Positions 1-12,241 of a stretch of 59,412 bases of DNA are shown piece by piece. Origin of the DNA: Polymyxa betae A26-41 (taxonomy: Eukaryota > Protista > Endomyxa: Phytomyxea). The notes under the pieces are model-generated. The model was not told the origin of the DNA. It saw only the letters and a program-made list of their open reading frames with translations, and made no database searches. Numbering within the stretch: position 1 is the stretch's first letter; every line of letters begins with the position of its first letter. Made by a program: the position numbers and the translations under genes. The DNA is taken from positions 1 through 59,412 of the forward strand of contig RBZT01000654.1 of the NCBI GenBank assembly GCA_003693705.1, given 5' to 3'.

Positions 1-293
1 GAGGGGTATATCTCGTTTTTTTTCGACTCTGCGAACGACCTCGTATGTTTGGTTTTTTTAAGTGCCAAGGTCGATATTTTATCACAGAATCCATCAGAAT
101 AGTTATTTTAATAATGGAAGAAATCGTGGGGTTAAAGAAGTTTGGGTTTGTAGATATTCACCCAAACTCATTTTTATTCATATCTTAGCTTCTTGTGGGT
201 TGGTGACATTTCGTCCTTGATAGGAATATTCCTTGGAGAGACCCCATGCGAACGTCGTCTTCGCTGGGCCGAGGCTCTTCGCTCCCTGAAACT
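1..293 (+). repeat. Left copy of the window-terminal inverted repeat (~293 bp)
   Basis: 1-293 (GAGGGGTATATCTCG...GCTCCCTGAAACT) is the reverse complement of 59118-59412. It differs by one substitution (pos 161) and two 1-nt homopolymer length differences. Confidence 0.97.
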
Positions 294-551
294 TGACCTC
301 TGACGACGCTTGGACGACCTCTTGTGTGTCCGCGGCACCAGTAATAACAGCAACTGCACATCAGGGATAATACATAATAATAAAAATACTACATTGACCG
401 CCACGAGTAGCCAGATTATCAGATTGACTGTTTTTTTATCCAGTTCAATGACGTGAGTTAGTGCCCAAGTCCATTGAATCGGCGACGTTTGTTTTATGGA
501 GACTGTGTCCTGTTCAAACAAGCCGAGGAGCCTGGGCACAATTCCTGACAT
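174..551 (-). CDS. Small intronless ORF with a hydrophobic segment and Arg/Ser-rich basic tail; probably part of a viral-type remnant
   Basis: ORF track, 125 aa. Its stop runs into AAAAATG of a next, degraded ORF (MSL(G/A)EYLQTQ...) inside the repeat, i.e. compact gene spacing. Confidence 0.3.
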   Translation of the reverse strand: MSGIVPRLLGLFEQDTVSIKQTSPIQWTWALTHVIELDKKTVNLIIWLLVAVNVVFLLLCIIPDVQLLLLLVPRTHKRSSKRRQRSSFRERRASAQRRRRSHGVSPRNIPIKDEMSPTHKKLRYE

Positions 552-715
552 CCCCCAGAAACGTTTGGGGACTGACCGCCAACGACACCAAGGGAATGAC
601 TTATTGTTGTCTGGTTCTGCGTTGAATCACTGACCACAAGTACTACACGAGAATCAGAAGAACAACAAGCTATTGATATTGTGAATAGAATTAATCAAAC
701 ATTCTCTTAGAATTA

Positions 716-1030
716 ATGAAAAAGAAGGCTCTTGATTTAAAAATAAAGAATTTAACAATATAAGTGTCACTATACACCCTAATTTACCTAGTTTATGTTT
801 CTCAATGATTATCGTTGGAAAATCAGGATCTGGGAAAAAAGTAATGTTATTTGTAATTTACTTTTGAAATATCAAGTATTTCAAAGATAACCTATACATT
901 TTCCAAAAGACACCATGTGATACAATCAAAAAGAATTTAATAGATAACCAAAAAGTGAATGGGATACGATTCAAGAGTCTCCTTGATAAAAAGGAAATGA
1001 TATACTTACTGGAATTTCTGGACAGAGTTG
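716..1030 (+). pseudogene. Degraded A32-like (FtsK/HerA) DNA-packaging ATPase of a Polinton/Maverick/PLV-type element
   Basis: Manual translation across frameshifts: MKKKALDLKIKN / ...IHPNLPSLCFSMIIVGKSGSGK (Walker A at 817-837) / SNVICNLLLKY / KYFKDNLYIF. This matches the N-terminal pattern of A32 ATPases. AT-rich, no introns, no Walker B visible. Confidence 0.7.
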
Positions 1031-1097
1031 GTGGAAACTCTTGGGGGTAAGCTGCCACTTGTGACCGCACCGAGAACTGATCAAGGTTCCCTAAAAC

Positions 1098-1215
1098 CGC
1101 ACCCTATCTCTAAACCTTGCCCAAACCTCGCACCCATCTCTAAACCTTGCCTAAACCTTGCCAGCATACTGAGGGTAGTGGCAAAGTTTTGCAAAACTTT
1201 GCCACTACCCCCAGT
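1098..1215. repeat. Short tandem repeat (~30 bp x2) followed by a 38-bp perfect palindrome
   Basis: CGCACCC(T)ATCTCTAAACCTTGCC occurs twice. GGGTAGTGGCAAAGTTTTG|CAAAACTTTGCCACTACCC at 1173-1210 extends to 1168-1215 with one mismatch. Confidence 0.9.
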
Positions 1216-1376
1216 CAGCAGCATTGCGAATGCAGCCGGTTCAGCAGCAGATCAACAGCAATTTGCTATAAACAGGGCGTAGGATATTCAAAGAGTTACC
1301 CAAAAAATAAAAGAAATACGAGAGAACGTACTGTAAACATACAATATATTTGGGAAGATAGTTCATGATTGGATGA

Positions 1377-3014
1377 TTACTGCAATGATAAGTACTCGAA
1401 CACCATCTGAGACCAAATCTTAAGCAAAAATGGCTGGCTGTGCTCGCCAAATACCACTTTCATCTCCTCGACGATTTCCTTAAATGGCTTATCCGCTGTT
1501 ATTTTCGACAAAATGAAAGAAACCAACTCAGGCTCGGGCATGCCGAGATATTCACAGACCTTTTGCGAGACGAAGTGTTTGATCGTAACATTGTAGAATG
1601 TATCACGATCCAGCATCTCCCAGTTAAACACATAGTTGGCCAAGTCGTTGAGGTCTGTTGGGACCTGCTTCCAGATAACTTCCGGATCCTTGAGCGTCGG
1701 CCTCATCTGGCGTTCTTTACGAGAATATAACGTCGCAACGTGATTCTCTTCAGCATGATTGGCAAAAGCATCGATAACAGGAGTTGCTTTCGAAGCGGAT
1801 TTTGGTGCAGCTGTCTTCTTCCATTCAAATTTCTTTGGTTTGTCATCTTCGATTTCCTCAGGTTCAACCGGCGGGGCAGGCGCTGGAGGTGGCGTTCGCG
1901 ACCGCCGACGCCTTTCTTCCGAGTACCGATCGCGACGAGGAGATCTATCACGACGAGGGGATCGATCACGGCGTGAGGGCGACCTCTCTCGACGAGATGG
2001 AGATCTGTCACGACGCGCTGGCGACCTCTCTCTATGAGCGGGCGATCTCGGTTTCTCAGAAGGCATTACAATCGGTGGCGCTTGCGCCAAGCGAAGCAGA
2101 CGATCTTGGACGATTTTCTTCACGATAGTCTCTTTGACATTCCATTCCTCTTCTCTATAATATGTAATAAATAACAAAGTTTTAAAAACGTTGAGCACTT
2201 ACTTATTCTCAACAATTTCAGCGATGTATTCTTGACAAAGAGGCTCGTCTTTAGGATCTATATGAACAAGCAGCCCAACATCATCTTCATTCTCGTTGAC
2301 CTTCAATCCCGACAACAGCTTTCTGGTTCCAACAAGTCCAGCTGGGCCAAGAAATTGGCAGAACCCGAAATTCCTGAGTTCACCAGTTTTCGGATTCTTC
2401 ATTCGATTCCATTTGACAACACGCCCGCATTGATCAAGCAGCTGTCGCATGCAGATATCATCCACATCCAAGGGGATTCTCGATATGAAAACATTCATGG
2501 ACTTCAACAAATGTGATGCAGAAACTGTTGATGGCGTCGATCTGGCCAGCAACGGGGACGGTTTAGCGGCGCCTGATAACATAAAGCCTTGGTCCTATGC
2601 AGCAGATTAGAAGCCGCTTCCAAATACTGATTATGGAGAAAAACCTGAGTTGGACCAGCCGGCGTTGAAGGAGGAGGTGGTGGATATGGCTGTCCTACAA
2701 CAGGTGGGTAAGGCATTGGAGATGGAGGAGCAGGTACAGCTACTGGCTGATGATATTGTTGAGGAGGCATATAGCCATGCATGTACATATTAGGAGCTGA
2801 AAACGTATTTAAAAGCGAATTTAAAGGACTTTTTTTAACAGAAAAAATTTAAAAGACATTTTGAATAAGGACAGAGTTTTGAGACGACAGCAAACGCACC
2901 ATATGGAGCTCCTGGAAACATGGGCGGAGCGCCAGGCACAGCACCATACGGATTGGGCGGATAGGGAGGCATTGGAGCGCCCGCATAATAACCGGGATAT
3001 GGAGGCTGAGCCAT
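1377..3014 (-). CDS. RBM25: RBM25/Snu71-like splicing factor (Pro-rich N-terminus, RRM, RS/RD repeats, C-terminal PWI); multi-exon
   Basis: RRM (NVFISRIP...CGRVVKWNRMKNPKTGELRNFGFCQF), RSP repeats, PWI domain (FVSQKVCEYLGMPEPELVSFIL...FLLKIWSQMVFE). First exon MAQPPYPGYY at 3014. Confidence 0.88.
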
Positions 3015-3990
3015 CTGATCGACTAATGCGACACCGCTGACGCCCAGAGCACAATCACAGAGTACAGAATGGATTGTATGACGATTGACGACAGTTAGAT
3101 AAGAAACGCAATTTCGGCAGAAACTGCGTTGTCGCAGATAGATATTCCTCTGTCATAACGTAACTTGATATCATTCTTTTGATTCATTTGTCAATCTGAG
3201 ACAATCGTTTTTCTGTAATTATGATATGTATTCAGATAAATTATTCGTGCACCTGTCAGCTAGCGATTTTTGGTGGAGCGTACCCGGAATTTGAAAAATA
3301 TGTCATTCTAAGAAGCAGTCGTTATTCAAAATCGGTAGCAAACTCGCGAATATTTCTTTTTGGATGCGAAAGCTACGAGCAATCCAACATCTTCATCGTG
3401 CTGCTTCATGTTGCCCGGCAACTTATTTACATTCTTCAGGTGGCTTATTCAAGTATCAATAAAGCGTTATGGAGCATTTGACTCTGTCCGTTGGCTATGT
3501 AGAAGATCATTTACCAAAGATCGTTAGTTTCCAGAATTACTGAGAGCTCAGGCCATGTAACTGGAGCTTGTTGAGAAGAGGTTTTTAGATTTTGCTTACA
3601 GAATTCAACGCAAAACAATTCCAATTAGTTACTACAGATGAAGCAGGCAAGGTAGATTTTTTTAGCAAAGTTATTAGGAGGTTCATCTTGCTTCGAACCG
3701 GCTTCGATTTTGTGCTTGGTTTACCAGCAAAGATTATAACATTGCCCGAACAATAAACAGAACATTATACAATGAGAGGGCTATGAAACAAGCTAGCCCA
3801 TGGCTAAAGAAACAATATCGGGCTGGCTGTTCCAACAACGGAGCAACGACAGCGACCTGACCAGAAGATAATGTCGCGCCTCAGGCCACTGCCTGTTCAG
3901 TTTTGCAGCCAAACCGTCAAGCGGGTTTGGAACTGTCAATTGGTTCATTGTAATCAATAAGTGTGAGCATAATCGCCTACCGAAAGGTCC

Positions 3991-5719
3991 TCAGACAGCT
4001 TCCAATCCCAATGATTGACAGAACTGCTCGTAGCAGTTCCTCCCAAGATATTCGATGATATCGCTATCGATTAATTGCAGAAGATACGCAAAATGTGGCA
4101 GCACCTATTAGCGATTACGACAACGGCCACAGTGAACACAAAACCCAACCTGAGCGGGAGTGAGGTGCAACTAGCGCATGGGGTCAGTACGACGTGGCGG
4201 GCAAAACACATCTCCAAATCCACATACATTGAATTCGAGCTGAACAAAGCCGTAGAGCTCCAAATCTAGAACATTCTGCCTTCTCACCCGGAAGATATCA
4301 CAGGCCGACTAAATGGAAACTTTAAGGCCGCTACTCAAAGGTCTCATCATGCACATTACATCGAGCAGTTCAACTTGATCACCAGCACCGGCATTGAATT
4401 TGGAAGCCAAAAGAAGGCAGACGGCGGCCAACACGTTCCGAATCTCCTTCTTGATAGCACCTGGAAAAGCAGTCAGAATCTCGAGCTGCTCCTGTATAAG
4501 CCTCGCCGACCTTTAATAAGAAGCATCTCAAAATACGCGCAGGCGATGGCGGCCGTTGAAATCTCCATATCCAACTCACGAATAACAGCCAACATCTTGT
4601 TCTTGACACTGCGAATCTTTGATAAAGACATGGATGGATGTAGCCATGGGTGCTTCATACTAAACTGACGATTCATATCGAGGCGAAGATCCTATCATAT
4701 GGAGCATTCAGAAACGGTATCAGATCGGTGAAAAGCCAGTAAGGAACTTTATAGCGAACGAAGGCGATGACGCTTGACAGATAGCAGGGCAAATTCATGA
4801 CGAGACGGTTCGAGCCGAATTTCTGATCGGGGTCGTCCAGCAGGCGCGGATGGTAAAGCGCTAGGATCTGATCGGGAGGCGATTCAACTAAACAACGATA
4901 CGAGACACCTGCAATCTTATTGTAAGCGAATGCGTTCAAGACACTGATAGATGTTGCAAGGAGGCGATTTTTCAACAATTCGCACAAAACCTAATCAGAG
5001 AAAATAAACAGAAACAACTGAAAATTAATGATAACAGAGAACGGCCAGGGAACGCTCTGACAAAAACAAGAAGGGAAAAGTTGTACCTGAATGTCCAGGT
5101 TCAGGAATGAGTCGATCAAGATCCTGAAGCATCATCTGTTCCTGCGTGTCAATCGACGCACGACGATCGCGGTCGAACTGCGACGTTTTCAATATCGACA
5201 TAACAATGAATGGCGAGCCACTGTATCGAGCCACATAGACACGTGATCCAAGAAGATGGGGAGCCATCGAACGTTGCCATTGCGTTCGTGTTTGCCTACA
5301 ACCATACATCAGTTTTATAGAGAAAAATAAACGCATAACAGCGACAACAATTAAATTGTAGAAATCGGCTTGAATATCTGTAATCCTACCCGGTGCCATG
5401 AGAAGGACAGTTAGCAAATAGAGGTCGCTTCTTAGCTGCAGGGATAGGAGCGGCAGCCGATATGTCGTGATCAGGGGCCTCGGGATAAGCTGAGGTCGGA
5501 TCCAGAGCAGATACCAATCTATCAGTAGATGAGAAATGGTTGGAGAAGAGGGAGGGTCCCAGACCGCTCTGGGATCATGGACTGGGAGTCTCGAGGCACC
5601 AGGCTATGCCCAGATCGAGGTTTCTCCAGCGGGATGGAACGCAGGAACTCCTGGGCAGACGCCAGCCGACGAGGTCGGGCATCGGCCTGGATATCCGGGC
5701 TTAACGATGGCGATTCCAT
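3991..5719 (-). CDS. CABLES-like protein (CDK5/ABL substrate family, C-terminal cyclin-box fold); multi-exon
   Basis: CABLES-type motifs: RRLASAQEFLRSIPLE, SPFIVMSILK, YHPRLLDDPD...LPCYLSSVIAFV, NRQFSMKHPWLHPSMSLSKIRSVK, AIACAYFEMLLIK, ELYGFVQLEFNLHL...VLPHF. Confidence 0.8.
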
Positions 5720-5990
5720 GATGGGAACCTGATCACGCAAGCAACTTGCCGACAATGGTGGCAAAACCCTAAACCCTAAATTTTCGAGATCTACCTCCTC
5801 GCGTCTTCTTCCGACCAACGACACTGTTATAGTAGTAATTCGATATGTTTTTGTCGTTCACTAAATTTTCCGAAGTTTTCAACCATAATTGATGAAATGA
5901 ACGATCTGAGTGAAAATAGGAAAAAACAAGTTGGCAACTTGAAAAAGTCAAAAGCTCAAATTTGTCGATAAAATATTTTCATAAAATGTG

Positions 5991-6062
5991 AACCCGTGGC
6001 GGGACTTGAACCCGCAGCCTTCTCCTTAGGAGGGAGACACGCTGCCATTGCGCCACACGAGT
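5991..6062 (-). tRNA. tRNA-Arg (anticodon CCT)
   Basis: Minus strand folds as a cloverleaf: ACTCGTG/CACGGGT acceptor stem, A-box TGGCGCAATGG, TCTCC-CTCCTAA-GGAGA anticodon arm, GCGGG-TTCAAGT-CCCGC T-arm. T-run downstream. Confidence 0.93.
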
Positions 6063-6505
6063 CACAAGTTGATTCTTTCAGACGGGATGGCTTCCACAAA
6101 TAATGTTATCGTCAGCAGCTTTAGGAAGTTCTTTTTTCGTCGATGGAAGTAACTGTTAAATCACTATGCTTGATATAAGGAGGCATCTTAGCGGTGCATA
6201 CTGATAGATTTAGGCCTTGTTAATGGCGGAGAGCAAATCTTCTGAGCAACTACCCGGTAATCCCCATCGTCCAGTCTAAATTAAGCTGAACTACCAGACG
6301 GTAAAAGAGCATGCAAACGAATTATCGAGGAAAATAATGGCATTTTCATTAACCGTAACCGTTAGAAAAACTATCATGACAAAGTCAAATAGCATTCTAA
6401 CCAACAATGGAAGCAGAATGCCTCCAACAGATACAAAGGCACTTTTCACCCGGAGTCTCATTACCGAATTTAAATAAGAAATAGAATATTGGAAAACAGG
6501 TTTAT

Positions 6506-8631
6506 TCAGGAACGTTTCGGTTCGATCAACTGCAATTGGCTAAATCTCAAAGGATGGACAAGGTCGGCACGACCAGCTGAGGGGAGTCGAGAACGTCGCT
6601 GTACATGACTTGGCATGCGGGCTCGCCATCCTAGCCAATGATGCATTGTGAAGCGACCAGCGACCTAATGATCAATCAGCCAATGAGAAATTAAAACTAC
6701 TACTAAGATATAAAGTCTGTTTAACAGATTTTTGATTAAAACGCATAAAAAATAGACGGACAAAGGGGCAGATAGAGTGATTATTTTACCGTTTTCAACT
6801 GGGCGGGATTCTGCACGATTCGAAGTTGCTGCAACAGCCCGAACGATCGCTCTCCAGATTCCTTTTCTCGCGCCAAGTTGTTCTCGAACTCCAACCGGTC
6901 CCTTAATATCATCTCGTGTTCGCGAGAACGTCTACAGAAAACGTTCATCAGTCGGCAATACGAACCGAAACCAGCCAACCTATACAGAAGTGTTGCTTTA
7001 CAGATTTGATGCAACTGGCGAGTCCTCTTTTTCTTCTCCAGATGCACATTGTCTTCTTTCGGTTCAGGTCCGAACACGAGCGTTAGGTTTCCTATTACTT
7101 CTTCGTACCGCCGCAGAGCATCTTCCTGTGTTTGTTGGGGATCCCTTCGTGCTTCATAACACAGCTTCTCAAATTCATCTTCCGCAAACCGAACATCTCT
7201 AAGATAGAGATGAACATTTCTCAAGTAAAGATTTTCGTTCGATAACGCTTACGCAGCGTTCGAGCTACGATTTCTCATGACAGGCGCAGGCAGAATGGCT
7301 TCGATATCTTCAGGAAGGTCTTTAACCGACTGCTCCCAAAGAACAGCTCGAGCGATTTCACTCGATGCAAACCCTTCAACAATGTTTAGGAACCGCAGAC
7401 AGAAAGGTAATCACAGCCGACCTGCTGTTCCAGGCCTAACAGGATCATTTTTAGGAATAGATGTCGGTGCTGGTTGTGGCACAGGTGTGGCAGGGGCAGG
7501 GACATTGATAGGAGGTACCGGATATCCAGGGCGAACATTGTTCCAGACGAAATGATGCAGTCCTGGGACACTCAGCTTTCGAGCTTGCGGGAATTGCTCG
7601 AAGAATGTCGGCCTGCATTGCTGAAACGGAAAGTCCGTCAATTTATAGATGAAAAGAGACACAAGGATGAACATCAAAAGGAGCATGAAGGCCCAAAATG
7701 TGATGCGTTGGTTACCTGAATGTGGATGGCCAGCTGCACTCCGTGAATCGGCACGTTTCGGTTGCAGAAAGCACACTGAACATGGCCGGGTATCGCTAGA
7801 GTACGCTCAGATCAGAAATTATAAACAAGCAGTAAAACAAGACCAGTCTTGAATCATACCCTGGTTTCGTTGCGCAGCAATCCCGGAGGCGGCGATGGAG
7901 TTGGGAGGCGCAGCAACCGGAGCTGGATTTGCATCTGGTCGAATCGGTCTGAAACCTGTTATATTCCGAGTGATCGTCGGCAAAAAGGCTAGCATTACCC
8001 ATCTTTTTTGTGTACCGAACACGCCCAGGTACCCTCCAGGAAGCAGCATCCTTTGCAGCGCGAGTTGGTGCAGACCGAATTGATTCTGCGGAATTTGCAT
8101 CTCGGGCAGTACCCATCGCGCGTCTCGCCGGATTCGTAAGTTGACGGGGTTGGCGTCACCGGTGGCTGAGACGGCGTTCCTGAACCAACAACGCTATAAG
8201 AAATTCGAGATTACACTTCAACCATTTGTAAATGATGATAAGAATATTCATAGAGAACGAAGAGTTAGCAGCAGCTTAGTAGATGAGCTGAGCGAAAAGT
8301 GAAATTTTGAAGAAAAGTTTTGAACGCCGTAAGTCCGGTTGTGAACAAAAATTCGCTGACGAAGTCCGAAAAATGGATGATTTCAAAAACGGAACGGAAC
8401 CGATTTGTCCCAAACGCGCACCAAACAACAAATTTGTGTCAAGGTACGTGAAGGCCGTTTTCGAAAAACGACTCTGAACTTACCGGTGAGGACGGCACGG
8501 ACGGCGCCCTGTGGCGTCACCTGTTCCTGCTGGCGCGCCAGGCGATTGATGGAGACTTCCATCACGACGCGATTGTGCCGACCTAGCCATTCGCAGGCCA
8601 TGCGAATCAGGCGCTCCGATGGGATATCCAT
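6506..8631 (-). CDS. Uncharacterised multi-exon protein with a SHI/STY-like Cys/His zinc finger and a helical C-terminal half
   Basis: Splicing CTCACCG|gtaag...ttcag|GAACG joins ORF 8383-8631 to an exon reading CPRCKFRRINSVCTNSRCKGCCFLEGTWACSVH (8010-8108). Downstream exons match ORFs 7411-7776 and 6781-7224. Start and exon ends are uncertain. Confidence 0.55.
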
Positions 8632-8965
8632 TGTGAAGGAAGGCGTGAAGCTGATGACGAGCCACCACCCGACGCCTTTGTATGCTACGGAGTCCGATAT
8701 CGACTGGCCGCATAATCACGTACAAGGCTGACAGCTTTGGCGATCAAACCCATCTCTGAATGTTCTCATCACGATGCTCTCGGGGAGCCAATGGCATCTT
8801 AGATACACTTCTTTGAAGAGCGCAGCTCTCTAAGTTCTGACGCGATTTTCGATTTGGGAAAACAAAAAAGAGCGCAAAAAGCTTTGAATTTCGGTAGCGA
8901 AATATTTACCTCAACAATTAACTAGGACATAGTGTGTTTATAACATTAAATACATTATTTATCAA

Positions 8966-9642
8966 TCAATCGGCACAAACCCGTTTAGCTTGAGTGGCTA
9001 AGTCGACAGCAGAGGTCAGCTTTGGAAGCAGATACAGCTTGGCGGCTTCATAGTCCTCGTTGCCGACTGTAGCATCGAAATCTAATAACGATAGGACTCG
9101 GCGTTCGAGATTATTTAGAGTCTTGAGAGGGATATCGAACTCTTCGCTCCAGTATTTATTTTCCAGACAGTCATCGTCGATCCATTTTGAGCCGATCAAG
9201 AAAGCCACAAGCAGCTTGCGACCAGATGCTCGAGGAGAGCTGCGACGAAGTGCCGGGTTTTTCCTCAAAATCACTTCGTAATAAACGAGACCGCAAAGGA
9301 CCACCTCCAGAAACGAATCAAATTGCTTAAACAAGAATTTACACAGCGACGGTAGCAATCCTAGAGCAGTGTCAACCCAACTTTCATTTTGATAAAACAG
9401 CCCTTGCCTGGGTCGACACTTGCTATAGAGTTAGTAGAATACAGCTTGTTAACAGCGACCCTAGAAAGCTGCCGTTGCGGTTGGCCTTCCCATGTCGAGA
9501 TTCGTCTGCGTTTCGAAAGCGGAGTGGCCAACGGCGACGATGCCTTGGACGACGCTGGGGACGCTAGCTTGGGCGGCGCCGGTAGATCGGGGAGGACGAC
9601 GCCCTGACCGAATGCCTTGCTGCCGCCGGCGCCCAGCCGCAT
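8966..9642 (-). CDS. Pho80/Pcl (P/U-type) cyclin
   Basis: LCGLVYY...KLLVAFLIGSKWIDDDCLENKYWSEEFDIPLKTLNNLERRVLSLLDFD is the Pho80-family cyclin box. 5' end uncertain. Confidence 0.82.
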
Positions 9643-10080
9643 CGAAATGCCAGATGGATTGGCTGCGCCACTCCCCTAACCACACCAAGGCCTCCCAATA
9701 CAGCTGGGGGGCTGGCAGATGTGTACAGGTCAGCGAGTTCTTGACGGACGCGGGACGGTACTTTCGTACAGTCAGCGGGGGAGGTCTTCCGCCCAACTCT
9801 AGATCGCCTTTGCAAACGAATTCTTACTGCTAGAACACTTTTTCGGATGCCTCAAATAGAGCATAATTTTCTGTAGAGTTATTGACGAAAAGAAATTTTT
9901 GTGACAAAAAGTTCTTAGTTTAAATTGATTAAAAATCATAACTTTTGTGACAATCGTTTACAGAGCGTAATTTGGTTATCCTCTAAAGATTCGAAATGGA
10001 TTGAATCCTTCAAACGGATGACATTGGCATATTTTCAAGAATAATAAATATTACTTTTAATGAAACAGTTTCTTTTGCAG

Positions 10081-11974
10081 CTATAAAGACTGTCGCCTGG
10101 AGCAGCTATGATTAGATAAGACGCTATCATGAGGTTCGTTGTTGGCGGCTGATGAACTCGGTACATCATCTTTGCTGGATTTAGAGCGAATAACTTTAAG
10201 TTGCGACGTTGCGGTCTGTGATAAGAAATCCTGGATAGCTGCAGCGTCAGCCGGCAGGATGGATTCTCCAGGAGATTCTATGTTCGTGGTAACATTCTCG
10301 TTATTCATTAAGAATGGATGCTGGAGCAGCTTCGTGGCATTCGGGCGCTTATTGGGATCCCTGAGAGCAAATTGAGAAATCGGGCGGACCGGATATTGAC
10401 AACCGTCAACCTTTGCATGCATAACAGGATGAAGTCTCGTAGTTCTGGTGACAATGTCGGAGGTAGTTCTGGCGGTTCTACGGCAGCAGCGATATGAAAC
10501 AATGCAGCTATGGGCGTCTTCAGCTGATGCCATGGTGGCTTTCCTGTCACCTAATCACGCATTCGTTAATACTTCTATCAATTCAAAGCTGAATGACGTC
10601 AACCATTTCAATGACGGTGCAGCCGACACTCCAAATGTCTGCCTGCCTTCCATGTCCGGTCTGTTTAATCACCTCAGGGGCCATCCAAAACGGCGTTCCT
10701 TGTATAGTTTTCCGTTGGGCCTAAAAAACGGCTCAGCATCAAATGTTAGAAGGATGCTTGGATGGCAGACTTGAGTGATATCAGCAAGACGTGCCGCAGC
10801 ACCGAAGTCGGCTAATTTGCAGACCTGAAAATGAATTAAGACAAGATGAATGCTTAATGTTAATTGTTTTACATACGCCATTCGTATCTACAAGAATATT
10901 TGCCCCTTTAATGTCTCGATGCATGATTTGATGACGATGCAGATATTCCAGTCCTGATCCGTTCGTTATTCTCGACGAAATACATCTCTGACTAATCGTT
11001 ACCTAACAAAATTTGCCTCGTATATTTTGACACAAGTGTCTCCTTGAACTTCCCGAAACGCTTAATAATGGAGGCAATACTTCCACCAGGAACGAATTCC
11101 AAGAAAACTATAGCGAGACCATATTAGAAGCTGTGAAATAGCTGTGAAATGCTTACTGTAAAGATTTTCATTATCGCGCTGCGTTCCCAGATACTGTACA
11201 ATGTTTTCTTGCTTTAATGTCTTCAGGACATTGATTTCCTGAACTAAAGCTTGTACAAACTGATTCGCATCGGTGGATTGTGCTTCACAGTTAGGAGCTA
11301 ATGACACCTATCGCGTTTCAGCACGTATTGTCTGAAGACGAGCACCTGCTTACTTGCTTTGCTGCAAACCATTTGCCTTCGTCGGTATTCAACCCCAGAT
11401 AAACAGAACCGAAAGCTCCGGAGCCCAGTAATTCGCCTTTTTGCCAGGCAATTCTCAATGGCTCCTATAAATATGGGTTATGGCGATAATCTGAGCCTCA
11501 GCGTGACTTGCCGACCTGATTATGATCTGCTGGAGGCTTTGGTCGGGGGACTTCGTACAATCTTCTTTCGCAATCATCATAATAGTTATCGTACTCAAGG
11601 GTCATCGCTTCCATAAGCTTATAGACACATCAAAATCAATTTGAAAGATACTCGTGAAAACTCACAGTTGTGGAAGGTCGGCTGATCTGTGAAATGCAAG
11701 AAGCGTTCAGGCTCTGGTCGAAGACCATTTTCGGTCCCAAATACATTGACACAATTTCCTCAATATCGTCGTACGATATCCCAAGCTTCTCGGGTTTGGT
11801 TGTGATTGAATGCTTCTCGGTCTCGGTTGTGTTAGTCGCAACATGAGCGGAATCAATTTGTTCCGGAATGTCGACGACATCGTCAGTTTCGAAATCCGAA
11901 TCGACATGGACGATCACAGGGTTCATGTTGCAATCGTCTCGGTTTCGTGGCGAGTACGAATGGCTGGCTCCCAT
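10081..11974 (-). CDS. STE11/MEKK-family MAP kinase kinase kinase; multi-exon
   Basis: [98 protein letters not shown]. Confidence 0.92.
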
Positions 11975-12241
11975 GCTTAGGCAGGCAGCCGAATTGCAGG
12001 AATTTAACTTATAAATAAAGTGAAATGAAAGCAGCTGCGCAGAATCTGTCCAGATCTTGCATGGGCCATGGGGTCACCCCATCTACCCGTGTCATTGATT
12101 GATCGTTGCATTAGTCGAAGACTATGGACGTTTTCGAATTCTGAAATTGCATGGAAACTACTCATTCGTTTCCAGAGAAAGCTCCAGTCAGGCATTAGGA
12201 ATTGTTATTGCTAGATGTCGGATGATGTCATTGATGAGCGA

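Noticed and set aside
3364-3860. Possible small spliced + strand gene (MRKLRAIQHLHR...KQASPWLKKQY)
   Set aside because: Splice sites are plausible, but I could not fix a consistent model or recognise any motif.
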